DNA from: an uncultured virus (IMG/VR IMGVR_UViG_2667527737_000002)
Lineage: Duplodnaviria; Heunggongvirae; Uroviricota; Caudoviricetes
IMG/VR virus record: IMGVR_UViG_2667527737_000002
Strand: one strand, 5' to 3'
Length of the DNA stretch: 64,000 nt
This document shows positions 59,236-64,000 of this stretch, in pieces. Made by a program: the position numbers and the translations under genes. Below the pieces are notes generated by a model. It made no database searches. It was not told the DNA's origin and saw only the letters and a program-made list of their open reading frames with translations. How positions within the stretch are numbered: position 1 is the stretch's first letter; every line of letters starts with the position of its first letter.

Positions 59236-60501
59236 ATGTTTGCGCTTTGTGATGTGAATTCATTTTACGCATCGTGCGAGACCGTATTTCGTCCTGACCT
59301 GAAAGGGCGTCCGGTGGTTGTTCTGTCAAACAACGACGGCTGTGTGATCGCCCGCTCGCCGGAGGCGAAGCCTTTCGTCAAAATGGGTGAGCCTTATTTC
59401 AAGCAAAAGGACATGTTTCGCCGGCACGGTATTATCGCGTTTAGCAGCAACTATGAGCTTTATGCCGATATGTCCAACCGAGTGATGACAACGCTGGAGG
59501 AACTGTCTCCACGCTGCGAAATTTACAGTATTGATGAGGCATTTTGCGATCTGACAGGTGTTCGTAATTGTCGCGACCTTACCGACTTTGGCCGGGAAAT
59601 TCGCGAGACGGTTCTGCGCAGGACGCACCTCACGGTCGGTGTCGGCATAGCCCAGACTAAAACCCTGGCAAAGCTGGCCAATCACGCGGCGAAACAGTGG
59701 CAGCGGCAGACCGGAGGAGTGGTGGATCTATCTAATCAGGAACGGCAAAGGAAGTTGATGGCTTTGCTTCCGGTGGATGAAGTCTGGGGGGTCGGGCGCC
59801 GCATCAGTAAAAAACTGGAGGCAATGGGCATTAAAACAGTGCTTCAACTGGCGGATACCGATATCCGTTTTATCCGGAAGCATTTTAATGTGGTTCTGGA
59901 GCGAACAGTGCGGGAGCTGCGCGGCGAGCCATGCCTCGGGCTTGAGGAGTTCGCACCGTTAAAGCAGGAAATCGTTTGCAGCCGTTCGTTCGGCGGTCGT
60001 ATCACGGAATACCATGAGATGAGGCAGGCAATATGCAGCTATGCGTCGCGCGCAGCGGAGAAACTCCGTGGCGAGCATCAGTATTGTCGGTTCATCTCAG
60101 CGTTCGTTAAAACCAGTCCCTTTACGCTTAACGAGCCATACTACGGAAACAGCGCATCATTAAAGCTGCTAACGCCAACCCAGGACAGCAGGGACATAAT
60201 CACCGCGGCGACGAAATGCCTCGATGTAATCTGGCGAGACGGACATCGCTATCAGAAAGCAGGTGTGATGCTGGGGGATTTCTACAGTCAGGGCGTGGCA
60301 CAGCTCAACCTGTTTGACGATAACGCACCGCGGAAAAATAGCGGAAAACTGATGGAGGTCCTGGATCATCTGAATGCCAAAAATGGGAGAGGGGCGCTGT
60401 ACTTTGCCGGCCAAGGAATCCAGACCGCCTGGCAGATGAAACGAGAAATGCTATCCCCGCGCTATACTACGAGGTTCTGTGATCTGCTCAAAGTTAGATG
60501 A
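59236..60501 (+). CDS. umuC: UmuC (Y-family polymerase)
   Basis: DVNSFYASCE, SNNDGC, YSIDE, SPRYTT. Confidence 0.97.
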   Translation: MFALCDVNSFYASCETVFRPDLKGRPVVVLSNNDGCVIARSPEAKPFVKMGEPYFKQKDMFRRHGIIAFSSNYELYADMSNRVMTTLEELSPRCEIYSIDEAFCDLTGVRNCRDLTDFGREIRETVLRRTHLTVGVGIAQTKTLAKLANHAAKQWQRQTGGVVDLSNQERQRKLMALLPVDEVWGVGRRISKKLEAMGIKTVLQLADTDIRFIRKHFNVVLERTVRELRGEPCLGLEEFAPLKQEIVCSRSFGGRITEYHEMRQAICSYASRAAEKLRGEHQYCRFISAFVKTSPFTLNEPYYGNSASLKLLTPTQDSRDIITAATKCLDVIWRDGHRYQKAGVMLGDFYSQGVAQLNLFDDNAPRKNSGKLMEVLDHLNAKNGRGALYFAGQGIQTAWQMKREMLSPRYTTRFCDLLKVR

Positions 60502-60538
60502 TTCGACTATTAACGGTAGTGGTCATGCTGCTACTGCG

Positions 60539-60562
60539 GTCCGCTTAGAGTGAGAAGCGGAC
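60539..60562. repeat. Palindromic site R1
   Basis: GTCCGC-TTAGAGTGAGAA-GCGGAC. Confidence 0.75.
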
Positions 60563-60656
60563 ATCGTGACTCGAACAGGATTCATGCTAAGATAAGGCTT
60601 TGATGAAAAGGCATTTAATTGCTAGAAGTTGGCGAAAACAATGAAAGGGATACGTA

Positions 60657-60917
60657 ATGTTTACCCCAGAGTTTATAAATGAAGAACGCGGCGAATTTCT
60701 CCTTGTGGCCAACCACGCTCTGGCATCACCGGAATCGATAAAACTCAGTATTGCATACAATTTTGCCAGAATATGCTGGGGGCTATCGCAGCTTCCACCG
60801 CACATTCAAACTTGCCGGGTCGTCTATGACATCAGAGGGCAATCCATCCCTGATCAGGTTCAGGCCCAGATCAGGCAAGCACTTGAGCAGATAGCCATGG
60901 TGGAGTTTAAGAGCTGA
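60657..60917 (+). CDS. Hypothetical protein, 86 aa
   Basis: RBS; TGATG-coupled to next ORF. Confidence 0.65.
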   Translation: MFTPEFINEERGEFLLVANHALASPESIKLSIAYNFARICWGLSQLPPHIQTCRVVYDIRGQSIPDQVQAQIRQALEQIAMVEFKS

Positions 60918-61153
60918 TGGGACTTCAGTTAATTATCAAAGCAGAACGTAACAAGATAGAAAAAGCATTGGGATCGCTGACACCAGAGTGTGAAATATTC
61001 CCGGTCGCTGAAGGCCTTTTCGGTATTTCCATTCCGGAACGAAGTCTCTCATCCGCGGGTGAATCTGCAGTTCTAAAAAAACTTGAACCACTCACACGTT
61101 TTGACCTATGGCAGGGAGCCTGGCAAGAACCCAGGCGACGTTGGTTTTGGTGA
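60917..61153 (+). CDS. Hypothetical protein, 78 aa
   Basis: Coupled to previous ORF. Confidence 0.65.
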   Translation: MGLQLIIKAERNKIEKALGSLTPECEIFPVAEGLFGISIPERSLSSAGESAVLKKLEPLTRFDLWQGAWQEPRRRWFW

Positions 61154-61257
61154 GTTTCAGCGCTGAGTGAGATGGGGAAGTCGCATTGCGTGCTGGGCGC
61201 AGATCGCCTGTCTTCATTAGCAAAGCGGCTTAAGGCTCTCAGTACTCAGATATGAAT

Positions 61258-61281
61258 GTCCGCTGCTGGCACAGGGCTGCT
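61258..61281. repeat. Palindromic site R2 (right arm degenerate)
   Basis: GTCCGC-TGCTGGCACAGG-GCTGCT. Confidence 0.65.
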
Positions 61282-61299
61282 GTTGCAGCCCTGACAACC

Positions 61300-61902
61300 T
61301 TAGACTTCAATCGATTCAGAGATCTCTAACGCATCATCGACTTCGATGCCCAGATAACGGACTGTGCTTTCCAGTTTCTTATGGACCAACAGAAGTTGGA
61401 TCACCAGGAGATTCTTGGTTTTCTTGTATATCAGGTAAGGTTTTGTTCTTCTCATGGAATGTGTACTGTAAAGCGAAGCTTCGAGACCAAGCTTTTCTAC
61501 CCACCCATGAAAAATTCGGCTGTATTGTCGGGTTGATATGTGCCGGTTAGTTCCGATCCGAGACCGAAACAAGAAGTCTTTACTGTGCAAATTGCCAAGC
61601 TTTATCAACGCAGCAACAACTTCTCTTGTCCCTTTGGTTATCTCGAATTGCACAGGGCTACCGGTTTTCTGTTGCAGCATCGTTGCTCTGCTTGAAACCG
61701 AACTACCATATGCAACATCAGATACTTTGAGGTTCATCAGATCACAGCCTCGTAGCTTACTGTCTAAGGCCATATTGAACAGAGCTAAATCACGCGTTTT
61801 ACCTTCCAGTTCAAGCCGGATTCGGATCCCCCAGATATGAGATATCTGAAGTAGTTTTTTTTGGCCTATGATACGGTCTTTATTCCACGGTGACGTGTTC
61901 AT
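61300..61902 (-). CDS. Short tyrosine recombinase (catalytic domain only)
   Basis: PWNK, SKLRGCDL, THSMRRT, LLVH, TVRYLG. Confidence 0.9.
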   Translation of the reverse strand: MNTSPWNKDRIIGQKKLLQISHIWGIRIRLELEGKTRDLALFNMALDSKLRGCDLMNLKVSDVAYGSSVSSRATMLQQKTGSPVQFEITKGTREVVAALIKLGNLHSKDFLFRSRIGTNRHISTRQYSRIFHGWVEKLGLEASLYSTHSMRRTKPYLIYKKTKNLLVIQLLLVHKKLESTVRYLGIEVDDALEISESIEV

Positions 61903-61941
61903 ACTCAAATCTCCTGCAATATGGGAGATTTGAGTATGGTT

Positions 61942-61965
61942 GTCCCTTATGAGCGAAGAGCAGAA
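61942..61965. repeat. Palindromic site R3
   Basis: GTCCCT-TATGAGCGAAGA-GCAGAA. Confidence 0.6.
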
Positions 61966-62050
61966 GTTCGAAGCGTCTCTAACCTAGATTGAATTCATTT
62001 TTTTTACAAATTTTATCAAAATCAATCTCTAAATATCATCACACATGTTT

Positions 62051-62923
62051 TCATCCGTAATATTCATGTTTTGATCTGTGCTTATTTTCAATAATTTCTA
62101 TTATCGCTGATTCTTTCCAAACAATTGCTAGGTCGGGATAAATATTACTTCCGGAATGTATTAATTGAGAACGTCCTGAATAGACTCCTCCAAAGGTATA
62201 GCATTGTGACATAATCATATCGTCAATGTTTTCCTTTCCTTTCGGCAAAGTAAATCCATTTGATTTTATAAATACAGCAGAGCCTGACATGCCAGTTTTA
62301 GTTGTAGCTGTATCAATAAAATACTTAGGTAGATTGTCAATGTTTACATCATGTTCAGAGGCTACACTACCTCTTTTCCATATTGGTAGATTCCCCCCGG
62401 CAACCATACCTAGAGGATAACCGATAAGGAATGCATCCATACCAGCTTTAATATCAAAATCTTCCAAATTCAGCTCATTTGAATTAACAGGTAAGATAGC
62501 AAATCCATTTTCTTTTAAGGTTTTCATGGTGTCGTTAACAGGTATTGCAATTATATCGACCTTGTTCTCATGGTTTGGGTGTTCAAACCATATAGGTGCA
62601 TATTCACCATTGTCCTCCTCGTATAAATTAAGTTTAAGAACATTTCTCCATGATAAATAAAAAGAGTTACCTACAGCCTCTATTCTTTTAGGAAGATAAA
62701 GAGTCATGAGGTTAGGAACTGATAAATTGATGGTATCTAATGGCTTTCCGGTTAAGGAGTTTCTTCCTGTAACGTTATGCCAGTTTGTTATTAAATAGAT
62801 CTTCTCATTAAAACAATAAAAAAATGCAGTGGCTGTACTCAGAATTGTTAACTCATCGCTGTCAGCATTCCCTCTACACATTTCTATCTTAAATGATGTT
62901 AAACTTAAATTGTTAATTGACAT
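62051..62923 (-). CDS. Trypsin-like serine protease (AT-rich, no signal peptide)
   Basis: ATAFF, TNWHNV, VDII, GYP, GMSGS. Confidence 0.85.
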   Translation of the reverse strand: MSINNLSLTSFKIEMCRGNADSDELTILSTATAFFYCFNEKIYLITNWHNVTGRNSLTGKPLDTINLSVPNLMTLYLPKRIEAVGNSFYLSWRNVLKLNLYEEDNGEYAPIWFEHPNHENKVDIIAIPVNDTMKTLKENGFAILPVNSNELNLEDFDIKAGMDAFLIGYPLGMVAGGNLPIWKRGSVASEHDVNIDNLPKYFIDTATTKTGMSGSAVFIKSNGFTLPKGKENIDDMIMSQCYTFGGVYSGRSQLIHSGSNIYPDLAIVWKESAIIEIIENKHRSKHEYYG

Positions 62924-63060
62924 TATAACCCCTTATTTTAACTTCTTGGTGCCGGCGGATAAAACAGCAATATAAACACTACGTGAAAGTAAATTGCGAA
63001 TGATTATAGGCCAAACCAATGATAATGTCACTTGACATTAAAGATTGCAGCGTAAAGAAC

Positions 63061-63084
63061 GTCTGCTCTTGGCACATTGCAGAC
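63061..63084. repeat. Palindromic site R4
   Basis: GTCTGC-TCTTGGCACATT-GCAGAC. Confidence 0.75.
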
Positions 63085-63085
63085 A

Positions 63086-63772
63086 TTACGTATTTATTGG
63101 GGGCTCGATCGCCTCAATTAATTCTGGCCCCTGATTTTTAACATTACCCACGGCGCGCGTCACGGCGTGCCAGATAAACTTGTCGGCGGGCACTGCTCCG
63201 TCGGTGGCTATCTCTTCGGCTTCCTTCCCGCCTATATCCAGGCGCATCCATTCGCGTGCGGCTTCCGGCACCAGGACGAGTGATCGGCGGTCGTGAATAT
63301 CGACCAGCCCTTGGTCAGCAGCTGCAGTCACTATCAAAAATCCTTCAGCTTCGTCGCCGCGTTGAAAAGGTACACTCCCGATCGCCGCCATGAAGATGGG
63401 CTTGCCGTCTTTACGGTGGATGAAATAGGGCTGCTTCTTGTCACCTTCACGCTTCCACTCAAACCAGCCGTCTGCAAAACAAATTGCTCTCCCGTGCTGC
63501 CACAGGGATTTAAACATCCTGCTGCTGGCAGCAGTCTCAACCCGGGCATTAGTCGATGGGGGTTTATCCCACCACCCAGGCGCATAACCCCAGTGGATCG
63601 GATCGAGGTGCAACTGTTCGTCGCGTTCGCTCAGGAGCAAAACTTTAGTCCCCGGTGCCACGTTGTACCGGCCGATTGGTTCGGGGTCATAAGCGATATC
63701 CCGCTCGGCCTCTTCAGCCAAATAAGCCTGGTACTCTTCACGGGTTTGTGATTGAGCAAAGCGTCCACACAT
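63086..63772 (-). CDS. yedK: SRAP / YedK abasic-site protein
   Basis: MCGRF, RYNVAP, NARVET, GWFEW, IHDR. Confidence 0.93.
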   Translation of the reverse strand: MCGRFAQSQTREEYQAYLAEEAERDIAYDPEPIGRYNVAPGTKVLLLSERDEQLHLDPIHWGYAPGWWDKPPSTNARVETAASSRMFKSLWQHGRAICFADGWFEWKREGDKKQPYFIHRKDGKPIFMAAIGSVPFQRGDEAEGFLIVTAAADQGLVDIHDRRSLVLVPEAAREWMRLDIGGKEAEEIATDGAVPADKFIWHAVTRAVGNVKNQGPELIEAIEPPINT

Positions 63773-63885
63773 GGTTACCTCCAGTCTTCAGAATGAAAGT
63801 ATAGAAGGAGAGACTCTGGACGATGGGGTTGTATTAGGAATAGCGACATTCGTCATCAATCGCACTTGGCCTACTGATGGCGAAT

Positions 63886-63909
63886 GTCCGATATGATAAA
63901 ATAGCGAAC
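63886..63909. repeat. Palindromic site R5 (degenerate)
   Basis: aatGTCCGA-TATGATAAAATA-GCGAACatt. Confidence 0.5.
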
Positions 63910-64000
63910 ATTACCCCTTTTACTAACATGCCTATTTAGCCGAGCACTACTTTCGTTGTAGTCACGACCTTACCAGCAGGCTACATACTGGCACAATTAG

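Noticed and set aside
61205..61230. Possible sixth palindromic site ending GCGGCT
   Set aside because: Left arm does not match at 12-nt spacing.
60539..63909. Repeats as CRISPR, attC or REP
   Set aside because: Spacing is gene-sized and irregular, no cas or IntI, no RYYYAAC/GTTRRRY ends, sequence unlike REP consensus.
63773..64000. Prophage right attachment site
   Set aside because: The window starts at the integrase stop, so no left core is available for comparison.

Overview
The window is essentially one lambdoid (Rac/Gifsy-like, siphovirus-type) prophage of an enterobacterium; a Klebsiella/Enterobacter-like host is inferred. Order: integrase-xis, RecT/RecE, immunity region, ParB-like/O/DnaC replication, cytosine MTase, nin-like region, Q, a tRNA-Ser, lysis, head, tail, an invertible receptor-binding-protein cassette with its serine invertase, umuDC and SRAP. 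It carries an IS630 element, a group II intron and many AT-rich morons. Best candidates for new biology: (1) a right-end array in which five copies of a 24-bp palindromic site (GTCYGC-N12-GCRGAC) separate single cargo units and a short, catalytic-domain-only tyrosine recombinase, i.e. an integron-like cassette system; (2) a three-gene operon (RuvC/RNase H-fold protein, non-RD Ser/Thr kinase, unannotated 59-aa ORF) at the rexAB/stk position next to cI; (3) a group II intron whose target is the LexA box of umuDC; (4) a whole-gene inversion switch between two SGNH-esterase tail spikes; (5) a membrane protein + NUDIX pair and a TonB-C-domain lipoprotein. Family assignments are from motif recognition and gene context only; no searches were run, and att sites were not seen.
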